Origin: Octopus sinensis
Lineage: Eukaryota
Direction of reading: 5' to 3'
Assembly (NCBI RefSeq): GCF_006345805.1
Contig: NC_043006.1
Location: 11,532,001-11,596,000, forward strand
DNA length: 64,000 nucleotides
Numbering within the stretch: position 1 is the stretch's first letter; each line of letters opens with the position of its first letter. Both the position numbers and the translations under genes were made by a program. Positions 52,543-64,000 of this stretch are shown piece by piece. The notes below the pieces were generated by a model. It was not told where the DNA came from. It saw only the letters and a list, made by a program, of their open reading frames with translations, and did not search any database.

Positions 52543-53587
52543 TATATATATAATATATATATTATATATATATATATATATTATATATATATATACACAT
52601 GTATATATATATATATATATATAAATATGTGTGTGTGGGGGTATGTTACAAGTGTGTGCATTTATATATGTATAAGATACACACACACACGCACACAAAT
52701 ATATGAACACACATATATGTCTACGGATCTAGTTCACTGGTTCAAATCACGTCTGATTCTCATCAGAAATAATAAAAAAAAAGAATATTTGATCTGCCTA
52801 CACAAGGAAATATAACTAATAGCCGTATATCTGATGGCTCTGAGGTGTTGTGGAAAAGGTTTACATTGTGTATCTTGACAAATATAGTAAAGAATAGACA
52901 TTGTTTATTACATAACAAGCTTAAAAGCCGTACTCCGTGCGGACTTTTAAACTAGATCCTGTGGAGAGCTAACTGAGCCTGCGGCCCAAAACTAAAGCGA
53001 GCTAAAGAGCATGATTGTAATACGTCTGTAATGATTATATGCCCTGGTGGTGTTTGATCAGAGGTTAAAGACGGACGATATTTAATTCTTTAATGCAATC
53101 ATTGTATTGTTCCAGTCCCAAGTTGAATTCCAACTGTTGGCCAATTTGTGCCAAATATCTTATCTTGACGTAAAATTAACGAAGCGAATGTCATTTACCT
53201 CCCCCTTGATCTCTGGCGTCATCTGACAAACCAGGATGGCGTGATTCAGCTAAACTTTACCTGCTAGAAATAGCAACCCAAATGCTTTTATATCAGATCC
53301 AAATACTGGATGTTCAAGAACCAAATGAAGGGCAGATTTTCAATCCCGGGATCATCCTGAAAGGGTATAATATGTCTATGTAGGGCAACTGTAGACTGGG
53401 ATACAGGGGTCCCAGACACAAATTTCGTGTTAATTATTTTAGATTAATTAATAGATTGTAATAAATTCCCAACACAGCTCCGTATTTATACTACTCGAAA
53501 CAATCGATTGCATAAACCAAGTACCTGAAGTAACTGCGATTATCTATATTAGGTATATTTATCTGCTGAGCAGAGAAAATGGTATTG

Positions 53588-53628
53588 GTGTCTGATGAGA
53601 ATCAAACGGGATTTGAAACCGGTTATGT
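53588..53628 (+). ncRNA. Minimal hammerhead motif, copy 1 (diverged)
   Basis: CTGATGA-GAATCaaacggGATTT-GAAAC-CG-GTT; palindrome ACCGGT. Confidence 0.6.
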
Positions 53629-53777
53629 ACATCTATATTTTGTATCTTTGCAATAAATCGCTGACACAGCTCTATATGGTCTAAACGAAATAACCAACTG
53701 TATAAAGAGCTACATTTAGTGACTGCACTTAGCTATATTAGCTGTGTTTCCCTCCGTGGACTGATCAAATAGTATTC

Positions 53778-53819
53778 TATTTCTGATGAAAATCACCTAA
53801 ATTTGAAACCGGTCAGGTG
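53778..53819 (+). ncRNA. Minimal hammerhead motif, copy 2
   Basis: TATTT-CTGATGA-AAATcacctaaATTT-GAAAC-CG-GTC-AGGTG. Confidence 0.65.
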
Positions 53820-54185
53820 TATCCATATTTTTTTCTCGGAGCACAGAGAAAAAGACACACTATAGTGACGACTCCGCTGTGTCGCCTAAGTAATTTACCT
53901 AGCATTGCATTACAAATTTGGAGAAAAGTTGTTTTTTTAGAATGAATTTTAGGTACAACTCGGTAAGGCAATCCACACGGTCTTATATTTCTAGTAAAGT
54001 GGGCAGTTTCTTCACTTCAGTGTTTAGGATGATGTATGATGAAAACGACAGCTTTCGTTTTTGTGTTTTTGTAACATAGGTTGTTTGTTCTACGGAAAAC
54101 CGTGAACCGCATAGTTAATTTTGAAACTGGATCTATTCTGAAGTGTTCAACAATTGAGCCGGCACTAATCCACATACATCATGCG

Positions 54186-54488
54186 TGGAAGCACATGGCC
54201 TAGTGGTTAGAGCAGCGGACTCGCGGTCGAGCGATCGCGGGTTCGAATCTCAGACCGGGCGATGTGTGTGTTTATGAGCGAAACACCTAAGCTCCACGCG
54301 GCTCCGGCAGAAGGTAATGGCGAACTTCTGCTGACTCTTTCACCACAACTTTCTCTCACACTTTCCTCCTGCATCTTGCAGCTCACCTGCGACAGACCGG
54401 CGTCCCGTCCAGGTGGGGAACCTATACGCAAAGGAAACTGGGAAACTAGCCCTTATGAGCCAGGTATGGCTCGAGAAGGAACAAACAA
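54186..54488 (+). mobile_element. SINE-D with 14-bp TSD
   Basis: TSD ACATACATCATGCG. Confidence 0.9.
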
Positions 54489-54667
54489 ACATACATCATG
54501 CGGAACGCACTATTTCAGATAAAAACATCTTTTAATGCTAAGTCTTCTGTTATACATTTGATTTACTTTTGTAATTGTTAGCTATTATTTTAAACTTTAC
54601 TTCAGAAAGTTTATTGCACTCTAAAAAGAATTACATTTTTGAAAATATGTTGAGGACTAATTCCTCT

Positions 54668-55045
54668 GTGGTGGAAGCACTCCATCGGTTACGACGATGA
54701 GGGTTCCGGTTGATCCGAATCAACGGAACAGCCTGCTCGTGAAATTAACGTGTAAGTAGCTGAGCACTCCACAGACACGTGTACCATTAACGTAGTTCTC
54801 GGGGATATTCAGCGTGACACAGCCGGCCCTTTGAAATACAGGTACAACAGAAACAGGAAGTAAGAGTGAGAGAAAGTTGTGGTGAAAGAGTACAGCAGGG
54901 ATCACCACCATCCCCTGCCAGAGCCTCGTGGAGCTTTAGGTGTTTTCGCTCAATAAACACTCACAACGCCCGGTCTGGGAATCGAAACCGCGATCCTATG
55001 ACCGCGAGTCCGCTGCCCTAACCACTGGGCCATTGCGCCTCCACT
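54668..55045 (-). mobile_element. SINE-C with 12-bp TSD
   Basis: TSD ACTAATTCCTCT. Confidence 0.9.
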
Positions 55046-55256
55046 ACTAATTCCTCTACCAAACACTTAAAACAATCTGAACGTGCAAATACCTGTTGAT
55101 ATTCCGTAAGTTCAAATTATATATAACTGCCCTCTAGGTTTCTCATTACAATGCTATTTTCCTAGCTTTACTTTCTCGGGTCAATCACAGTCGCGTTTCA
55201 TCCAAATTTTCCACATGTGTGACCATAGTGAACGAGAGATACTTATGAGCTTGTAA

Positions 55257-55642
55257 TCTCTCTATATATAAACGGCAGTTTGTCTGTCTGCGTGTCTGTG
55301 TGTCTGTTAGGTTGTACCTCCACCCTGACCACGGCTTTCAACCGATTCTGATGAAACTTGACACACACATAGCCCAATGTCATAATTCAAAACTAACGCA
55401 GCGAAAATTTTGAAAAGTTCCCCCAGTTCTGAAAAAAAATCGATAAATTCGACATGGGGTCGAGAATCAGAAACACAAACCACAGACTGTCTAGGGGACG
55501 CAACTCCACCTTTTTAACTCTCAAAAAAATTTACCATAATTTTTTTCTTCCATTTTTTTTCTATTTTTTGGCTATAACTCTCTAAAAATGCTTTATAGTT
55601 ATTTCCCTTTCAAACCCGAGCAACGCCGGGCGATACTGCTAG
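55257..55642 (+). mobile_element. Non-autonomous Helitron, type 3
   Basis: A|TC ... CCCGAGCAACGCCGGGCGATACTGCTAG|T. Confidence 0.9.
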
Positions 55643-56380
55643 TCCTGAAATAAAGTAATGGAAATAATGTACGAAGAAGGAAGCATTAAAGATATCGGTA
55701 ACGCTTTAATCCGGTGTCTGATGAAGTATGTAATGAGATTTAAAAGCAAATATCGGATATAAAGATATTAATTTTAAAGCATATAATTAGTTTCCTGAAG
55801 ATCACTTACGAAGTTTTAATTATAAATTCTGATTTATAATGTTTAATCAAAGCAACAATAACTTCTGTTGATATGGCTTTCCGCTATGTAAATTACAACT
55901 AAGCAACGAAAATTTGTACTTACAAAGTCGTAATCAAAATTTATTAACGTGCAAAATGAAGGTGTCGGTTAGGGGTTTTTTTTTCACTTTATAAAATTTA
56001 ATTTTGGTAACGTAAACACTATCTAACTGAGAATATGTAAAATGAAAAGAGAATTATTTCTACTTAACTGACGGTTTAATTACAGTGGCGGCCAAAATGT
56101 TCAGAACGGCATTGTTTTCGTCAGAAAAGTAGATATAACTTTTTATCAAAGTAGTTTTATATTCTATAATTTTCACAGACGATAAATACAATATTAATTG
56201 TTATTGTCTGATATTTTGGTGTAATTTGAGAGGATAATACAAAAGTTATGGATGATTTAGTAATTTACTGCAAATCCCACTGTATATTTACTAAGTAACA
56301 GTAACTTATATTTAGAAATTCGTAAACCTAAAGAAGAAAGAAACGAATGTTTGCAGCCATCTGTTGTATGGGTATGGATA

Positions 56381-56425
<45 letters not shown>

Positions 56426-56589
56426 CAATGATCCATCAGTGTATCTTCCAAAAGTTGAAAGTATCTACTAAAAGAAAACTATACGACTGAATTGAAACAA
56501 TTTCATGCGAAAACATAAAATTTTTAGGGGCGACTTTGGAAGGAATTTTTTCAGCGCTTCTTTGCACACGTTTTTTTTTTTTTGTAATC

Positions 56590-57035
56590 TGAAGCTTCTA
56601 GAGGCACTAAACTCAGTTAGTATTCGTGATTGTATTGGTCCAAGTTCAATTGTTCCTCTGACATGCAAATTTCTAAATATTGTTCAGGAGCGGTAGATTG
56701 AAGCTCTTATTAAAGTATGGAGAGAACTTAAACTTCGAGATAACAATGGCATAACTGAAGCTACCAAACCAAAGGATTATTGGTATAAAATTTCTAAGGA
56801 AAAATGCGGAGATGAAGCTTGATATCCGGTCCTATCATGCTTTATGTTTCAGCTCCTATCATTACCACATTCTTCAGCTGCAGCCGAGAGAATATTTTCA
56901 GCCCTAAATAACATTAGAGTCACGAATAGGTCTAAATTGTATACCCAAACAATCAATGCTCTGCTGCGTTCAAAAAGTCTCCTTCGTGATGTAAACTGCA
57001 CAACCTACCCGATGCAGAGCTTTGTGCTAAATTAA
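56590..57035 (+). pseudogene. hAT transposase C-terminal dimerisation-domain relic with stops
   Basis: DYWYKISKEK..*YPVLSCFMFQLLSLPHSSAAAERIFSALNNIRVTNRSKL...TINALL. Confidence 0.85.
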
Positions 57036-57322
57036 AAGAAAGACAAGGACATTGGTACAAAGAGGAACCTCATCCTATTGATGATGCAACCTTCTAATTA
57101 TAAAGTAAGTACATTAAATATGTGTAAGTGACTTTTAAATAAATCCCTGTATATTATAAATAATACCTATTACGCATTTCAGTTGATTTATAGGCAGAAT
57201 ATTACAAATTTAAATTTTGGTGCTTTTTGAGCAAAATTGGGTACTTTTCTTTTGCTAAATGGTGGACGGGAGAATGCAGACCAATCCATTTTGCTGATTG
57301 CCTGATTTGTTGCCACAGAAGA

Positions 57323-57680
57323 TGTTAGTTAGTTAATTATTTGGCTCAAAAAGCAAAAAGCAAGGCCATGTAGGGGGACATGAAGTTATGTACAGGGTGG
57401 TGTTCAAATAAAGAGTTCAGACCACTTGTGGTCAAGGGAGACTTTGAACCCAGCGGTCGTCGGCATCTTCACTATCCCGTCCGGCAGCTTATTCCACGGT
57501 ACCGCAACCCGGACGGAGAAAGCCCCTCCCCTTCGATTGAGATGAAATCGTCGCAGATAGAGCTTTTGGGAGTGACCCTGCAGCCGAATATGGATGGTTT
57601 TCAGAGTCTTGTTCGGTCTCTTCTTCCTTAAGGGTTTCGCTAAAGCTTTTTGAGGGTCTCAATGTTCAAGGTTTAGCTAC
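57323..57680 (-). mobile_element. Degraded 3' end of the CR1/L2 family seen at 48405-49116
   Basis: Reverse complement of the same 3' UTR and (CTAA)n tail. Confidence 0.85.
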
Positions 57681-57789
57681 ATTCTAAAAAAAACAAAGAG
57701 AACGACACCCTTGTCAACCTCCAGAAAGAGAACACCGTGATTTTTGTGCCGATCGCTGACTCTTGAACTTCGTAGGCCTTGGAGAAGTG

Positions 57790-57885
57790 GTATGACCAAG
57801 TCTTCGTTTCTGGATCCATGGACCAAGCCTTTGTTTCTGGATACATGGTCCAAGCCTTCTTTTCTGGATCCATGGAAGCAGCTTT
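57790..57885. repeat. About 3 x 30-bp tandem repeat
   Basis: CCAAGCCTT..TTTCTGGATCCATGG units. Confidence 0.75.
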
Positions 57886-58294
57886 CGTTTCTGATCATAA
57901 AAGTAGGTGCGTTTCGTACCCTGTCACCAGATCGGTAGTTTTGGTGGGGGATATTTAATTTGGTTTCGGATGTTTTTAGATTATCAGAGTAGACTTTCCA
58001 CCGGCCACTCCTTCAAGTTGGGTGCCAACTGTGGAGGTACCTACTTTGCACATACTAACCGATACATAAAGACTTCTGACGTCTCCTGTAATACACTGTG
58101 ATCATAGATCAATTGTACAGCAAACTCTTGGAATGTATGTATGTATGTATGTATGTACGTATGTACGTATGTACGTATGTACGTATGTATGTATGTATGT
58201 TTGTATGTATGCATTCATGCATGTATGTATGTATGTATGTATGTATGTATGTATGATGTATGTATGTATGTATGTATGTATGTATGTACGTACG

Positions 58295-58338
<44 letters not shown>

Positions 58339-58373
58339 ATATATATATAGAAAATAGTAAAAAGTGAAAAAAC

Positions 58374-58437
58374 AATTTTGGGTAAAATTTTCCGTGAAAA
58401 TTTTCGAAAAGTTTTTGGGTAAAATTTTCGGTGAAAA
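58374..58437. repeat. Short copy of the palindromic AAAATTTTCG minisatellite
   Basis: Same units as 61108-61497. Confidence 0.8.
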
Positions 58438-59410
58438 AGTCTCCCACGCAATACAAAACCCTGAAAATATTGCGCATCTGCAACATGAGCTGGACACAAT
58501 ATACAGGTGGGCTGAGGATAACAACATGCAGTTTAATGCAGGTAAGTTCCAGGCCCTGCGCTACTGGCACACAAAGGTAAATGACGTGAAGACTGGATAC
58601 ACTGGCCCAGGAAGAATTGCAATCCCTGAGTCAAAATCAGTGCGTGACCTGGGCATTGACATGAGCAATGATGCATCTTTCCAAATGCATATTGCTAATC
58701 TGGTGATAAAATGCAGACGGCTAGCTGGATGGATTCTCCGAACTTTCAGAACAAGAGAGAAGGAGACACTGATGGTCCTATGGAAAACATTCGTCCTCAG
58801 CCGCTTGGACTACTGCTCCCAACTTTGGTCACCACACAAATAAACAAACAGCAGAACTCGAAGCAATTCAGAGAAGCTACACAAAGAAAATCGTCTCAAT
58901 GCAAAATATCAGCTACTGGGAAAGACTGAAGGTATTAAACCTCTTCTCCCTAGAGCGGAGGCGGGAGAGATATGCAGTGATATACATCTGGAAACTCTTG
59001 GAGGGTCTTGTCCCAAACTTTGGCATTCAAAGTTACCCCAACCGCAGAACGGGGCGCCGCTGCGTGGTGCCAAGGATTCCAACATCACCATCAAAATACA
59101 GGTCCATATACAGCAACAGCTTGGGGTTTCAGAGGACCACAGCTCTATAACATCCTCCCTAAATGCCTGAGAGACTTACATGGTATAGATGTGGGTTTCT
59201 TTAAAACTAAACTGGATCTCTTCTTGTTGGGAGTCCCAGATGAACCTACCTCACGACAGGAGACGCGGATGCGGGCAGCAGCATCGAACTCCCTTGTTGA
59301 TCAAGTGCCACGTATCAGAGGTGGATTCACAAACTAGTGTAGCTCATTCAGCGGTGGTGTCCCAGCATGGCCGCGGCCTTCGGGCTAAAACATTTTAAAG
59401 GATTTAAGGA
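58438..59410 (+). mobile_element. 5'-truncated CR1-type LINE (RT C-terminus with stop and frameshifts, 3' UTR)
   Basis: LQHELDTIYRWAEDNNMQFNAGKFQAL...VRDLGIDMSNDASF..HI...SRLDYCSQLWSP...SYWERLKVLNLFSLERRRERY. Confidence 0.92.
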
Positions 59411-59732
59411 TTTATATATACATATATACACATACATATATATATATATATATACTTTTGGGTCCCAAATAATAGGAGTGGGGTGGAATAAGCAGGTATG
59501 TGGGACATTTGATTAAATTCATATAAGCGGGTGGGTTGAAATAAACGGGGGTGGTTGGGAATCGGTAACTGTATAGTGTATGTACGATAATTAGGAAAAG
59601 ACCATCTTAAACACAACGAGGCAAAAGAAATTAAGAAGAGGCAAATGAATTTAGCACCTACAGGTGTTTCAAACGTCCCCTTTAGTTCAGGTATACATTG
59701 GATAATAAAAATAAGACAATTGTTAATTATGG

Positions 59733-60164
59733 TGGCGCAGGAGTGGCTGTGTGGTAAGTAGCTTGCTTACCAACCACATGATTCCGGGTTCAGTCCCACT
59801 GCGTGGCACCTTGGGCTAGTGTCTTCTACTATAGCCTCGGGCCGACCAAAGCCTTGTGAGTGGATTTGGTAGACGGAAACTGAAAGAAGCCCGTCATATA
59901 TATGTATATAAAAATGTATATGTGTGTGTGTGTATCTGTGTGTGTGTGTAAATGTTTGTGTGTCTGTGTTTGTCCCCCCCCCCCAACATCGCTTGACAAC
60001 CGATGGTGGTGTGTTTACGTCCCCTTAAAATTAGCGGTTCGGCAAAAGAGACCGATAGAAGAGGCTTCCAAAGAATAAGTCCCGGGGTTGCTTTTCTCGA
60101 ATAAAGGCGGTGCTCCAGCATGGCCGCAGTCAAATGACTGAAACAAGTAAAAGAGTAAAAGAGA
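59733..60164 (+). mobile_element. SINE-B
   Basis: GGCGCAGGAGTGGCTGTGTGGTAAG head; CCAGCATGGCCGCAGTCAAATGACTGAAACAAGTAAAAGAG tail. Confidence 0.92.
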
Positions 60165-60454
60165 TTATATCAATGTGTGTGTGTCTTTGTTTCTGTGTTT
60201 GTCCCACAGCACTGCTCAACAACCATTACTTAGCAGTTCGGCAAAGAAACCAATAGAACAAGTACTTATAAGCATATGTATACACACACACATACACATA
60301 CATACACACTCACGTGCACGCGCGCGAACATGCACACACACACATACATGCACACACATATGCATATATCCATGTGTGTTAAGGTTGTCCTATTTCGGTT
60401 ATTTCAACCAATCAATGACGTGTATTCAGCTGAATAAAATTACTGCCGTTGAGC

Positions 60455-61105
60455 AGGATGGCGACAAAGTGCAGACGACTGGCTGGCTGGATCCTAAGAA
60501 CATTCAGAACCAGAGATAAGGAAACCATGATGGTCCTCTGGCGGACATTCGTCCTCAGTCGCCTGGATTACTGCTCACAGCTAGGGTCACCCACCAGTGT
60601 AAAATTAACAGCGGACCTTGAAGCAATCCAGAGAAGATTCACAAAGAAGATCGTCTCTTTGCAACAGCTCAGCTACTGGGAAAGATTGAAACAGCTAAGA
60701 ATCTACTCCCTGGAGAGAAGACGGGGGAGGTATGCAGTGATATATGTCTGGAAGATCCTGGAAGTAATTGTGCCAAATTTTGGCATTGTAAGCTACACCA
60801 ATGCTAGAACGGGACGACACTGCATAGTGCCAAAGATCCCAGCAATGCCATCACGCTTCAGGACCAGCTTCTGCAACAACCTGGGTTTCAAGGGCCCACA
60901 GCTTTTTAATATTCTCCCAAAGAGTCTGAGGAACTTGCACAAAGTAGATGTAGCGGTTTTTAAATCAAAGCTGGACATCTTCCTGTCTAGAGTCCCAGAT
61001 GAATCTACCTCACGGCAAGAGGTGCAAATGAGAGTAGCTGTATCAAACTCCATTCTTCACCAAGTGCCACATATTAGACGAGGTTCGTCGTAATAACAGT
61101 GTAAC
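60455..61105 (+). mobile_element. CR1-type LINE ORF2 C-terminal fragment, truncated at both ends
   Basis: 214-aa ORF; overlap nearly identical to 37790-38185. Confidence 0.92.
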
Positions 61106-61107
61106 AA

Positions 61108-61497
61108 AAAAGTTTTCCGTAAAACTTTCGAAAAATTTTTGCCTAAAAATTTTCAAAAACTTTTGGGTAAAATTTTCGAAAAATTTTTGGTGAAAATTTT
61201 TGAAAAGTTTTTGGGTAAAATTTTCGGTGAAAATTTTCGAAAAATTTTTGGGGAAAATTTTGAAAAATTTTTAGGTAAAATTTTCGGCGAAAATTTTCGA
61301 AAAGATTTTGGGGGAAATTTTCGGGTAAAATTTTCGAAAAATTTTCTTTGAAAACTTTCGAAAATCTTTTGGGTAAAATTTTCGGTGAAAATTTTCGAAA
61401 AATTTTTGGGTAAAATTTTCGAAAAGATTTTGGGGAAAATTTTTGGGTAAAATTTTCGGTGAAAATTTTCGAAAAGATTTTGGGGAAAATTTTCGGT
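61108..61497. repeat. Palindromic minisatellite (about 36-bp units built on GGGTAAAATTTTCGGTGAAAATTTTCGAAAAATTTTT)
   Basis: Direct reading. Confidence 0.9.
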
Positions 61498-61499
61498 GC

Positions 61500-61790
61500 G
61501 GTTTTGGTAGGACCTCCGATGTGCAAAGCGACAGTTTGCACCTTCGACGCCGTACCAGCAGTCCCCCCTCAGGTAGAATTTGCAGGTGTTTCTTTCCCTG
61601 CCCTTACAGTTCTTGCTGGGGTCCCTCTGCTTTCTCTGGACAGGGCTTCCTTTAGCCTTGATTCTGTCGCCCTTTACCTCCTGCTTCCCATCAATTCCAG
61701 GGTGCCTTTCCTTTCTTGCGGCCATCGCACCTCTTTGGTCTTCAGTTGTGGTGTTGGAAGCTGGACATGTGTCATCGTTTTCCTGTGTTC
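61500..61790 (-). pseudogene. Probable LINE (CR1-type) ORF1 fragment with a CCCH zinc finger
   Basis: [22 protein letters not shown] (C-x7-C-x8-C-x3-H) after a basic, low-complexity stretch. Confidence 0.65.
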
Positions 61791-61799
61791 CAGCAACGC

Positions 61800-62221
61800 G
61801 CGCGCACACACACATATACATATGTAAATGTGTGTATATATATAGCTTAAATGTATGTGTGTATTTATATATACAAATGTGTATGTATACATAAACATAA
61901 AAACATATACATATATGTATATATATCTGAGTATATACGTGTGTATATATGTGTATGTATATATGTATATGTATATGTATATATGTGTATGTATATATGT
62001 GTATATACATGTGTATATATATGTGTGTATATATATGTGTATATATATATATGTGTATATATATATGTATATATATATATGTATATATATATATGTGTGT
62101 ATGTATATGTGTATGTATATGTGTATATATATGTGTATATATATATGTGTATATATATATGTATATGTATATGTGTGTATATGTGTATATATATATGTGT
62201 ATATATATGTGTATATATATG

Positions 62222-62277
<56 letters not shown>

Positions 62278-62639
62278 CATACACAAACACAGATAGATAG
62301 ATAGATGAGAAATCGCTTTTAACGGTGTAACTTGAAGTAGATATAGCTATAAATAATATGTAAATACTGGGCAAACCACCCCCTTACATGGAAAAAGCCG
62401 AAGGCGGTCGATGACATATACAGCAACGCGCGCGCACACACACATATACATATGTAAATGTGTGTATATATATAGCTTAAATGTATGTGTGTATTTATAT
62501 ATACAAATGTGTATGTATACATAAACATAAAAACATATACATATATATATGTATATATATACATTTATTCGTATATTTTTCACACACTCATATATAAGTT
62601 GCAAATATATATATATATATACTTGCATACCCCGCCACA

Positions 62640-62695
<56 letters not shown>

Positions 62696-62900
62696 ATATA
62701 AAAATTTATACAAGCATATATGCATACATATATAACCTATATGTATTTATACATATATATATATACATAATTATATATATACTTACATACCCCACGCACA
62801 CACATTTATATATATATATTTGTGCGCATGCATACATATGCAAACGTGTGTGTGTGTGTGTAATTTGTATGTGTGCATTATCTATATGGTGTACATATAT
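61800..62900. repeat. Degenerate TA/TG/TATG microsatellite block with a duplicated 128-bp segment
   Basis: 61791-61918 equals 62422-62549. Confidence 0.85.
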
Positions 62901-63467
62901 GTGTGTATCGATATGACCCTGAATACTAAAGTAAATTCATTTCATGTATCTCTCTTAAAATCTGAATGTTCAATTTATTTGCTTCCATTAGACGGCACTG
63001 ATCCTTTTAAAAGCTGTTGCTTGTGTTAATACTCACCACTTTTATATATACGTAGGAAACGAAGTGATGTGTCACCAATATTCTATTTTAGAAATTGTGA
63101 ACAATAATGGTAATACATTGATTTCTAGGTTTATATGTATCATGTAGTTATATTAATTGGTTACATGACTTATTTGCTATCTAGGCTTCTCTTCTTTGTA
63201 GCAAGACAAACATTATGGAAGCGAAACACCCACATATTAGAAAATATAGACTTGTGACTATTATGTTTGTAGAAAATGAGTATTCTGAAAATAAATGGCT
63301 TTGAATTTTCTGGGAGATGGAGAAATTTGTTGCTTTCTTCGCTAAACTCAGAGATTTCTAGCCTTGTTTATTCCCGTTTCTCGTATTTGACATATGAACT
63401 GGTGAATCAGTCCCTGGCTTACATGGTCGAGAAGCCCTAAGTCCTCTTCGTCAGTCATACAAAGTGA

Positions 63468-63900
63468 GGATCTTTTCGGTTTGAACGGCAGTTTTTTTCT
63501 GGCGGTGTAATATGAAATTGTCACCCATAATTATGACCCTAGTATCGATCTATTGCATTTCAATCTGTTTTAGGGTTAGGGTTAGTTAGGGTTAGGGTTA
63601 GGGGTGGAGGGAAGGATATATTTTTTCTTCAGAAATGTAAATAAACCCAATCTGTTTCTTAAACGAGGGACATATTCATACGGCACAGAATGTTTTCACC
63701 TTCAATAGACGTCATTGATTGGTTGAAATTGCAGAAATTGAAGAAAAAAACAACAAATATCTTACAAACTATAGAATGTTCTCAATAAAGCCAAGAGCTA
63801 AGGATGTTTAATAAACACATTCTACCAGTATACGAAGTTTAAAAGTGTTTAGTTACGTGGAAATTATTTTAAAAAACTGCCGGTCAAATCGAAAAGATCC
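63468..63900. mobile_element. TIR-bounded non-autonomous DNA element containing (TTAGGG)n
   Basis: GGATCTTTTCGGTTTGAACGGCAGTTTTTT ... AAAAAACTGCCGGTCAAATCGAAAAGATCC; TTAGGG runs at 63570-63603. Confidence 0.8.
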
Positions 63901-64000
63901 CAAATTGATATCTATTATTCTTGTTTAGTCATATGCTGGTCTTGATTGAGCAGATTTATGATTTAAGCCGCTCCCTTTTCCTTCCCTTTACTATGGATTG

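Noticed and set aside
63570-63603. Telomere or chromosome end
   Set aside because: Only about 5 imperfect repeats, internal to a TIR element.

Overview
AT-rich, repeat-saturated eukaryotic DNA with no host protein-coding gene that I can support; it is probably intergenic or intronic. The tRNA-derived SINE families and the (TA)n/(TACA)n/(GATA)n load look like an Octopus (cephalopod) genome, which is an inference from pattern recall and not from a database search. Almost all ORFs in the track are microsatellite or SINE read-throughs. The real coding remnants all come from transposons: CR1-type LINE RT fragments and a CCCH ORF1 piece, a Penelope-like (PLE) GIY-YIG fragment, a hAT dimerisation domain and a mariner N-terminus. 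The window also holds about 50 SINE copies of at least 5 families, 8 complete non-autonomous Helitrons, and piggyBac-type and other TIR MITEs. Two things stand out. (1) At least 8 type-I hammerhead ribozyme motifs of unrelated sequence, most with a short palindromic stem III and several inside PLE-style inverted repeats. (2) One SINE family forms head-to-tail multimers (1, 2, 3 and 13 units) with an invariant junction, where the 3' tail GAAATA replaces the 5' arm of a hairpin in the tRNA-like head; its tail matches a LINE 3' end present in the same window.
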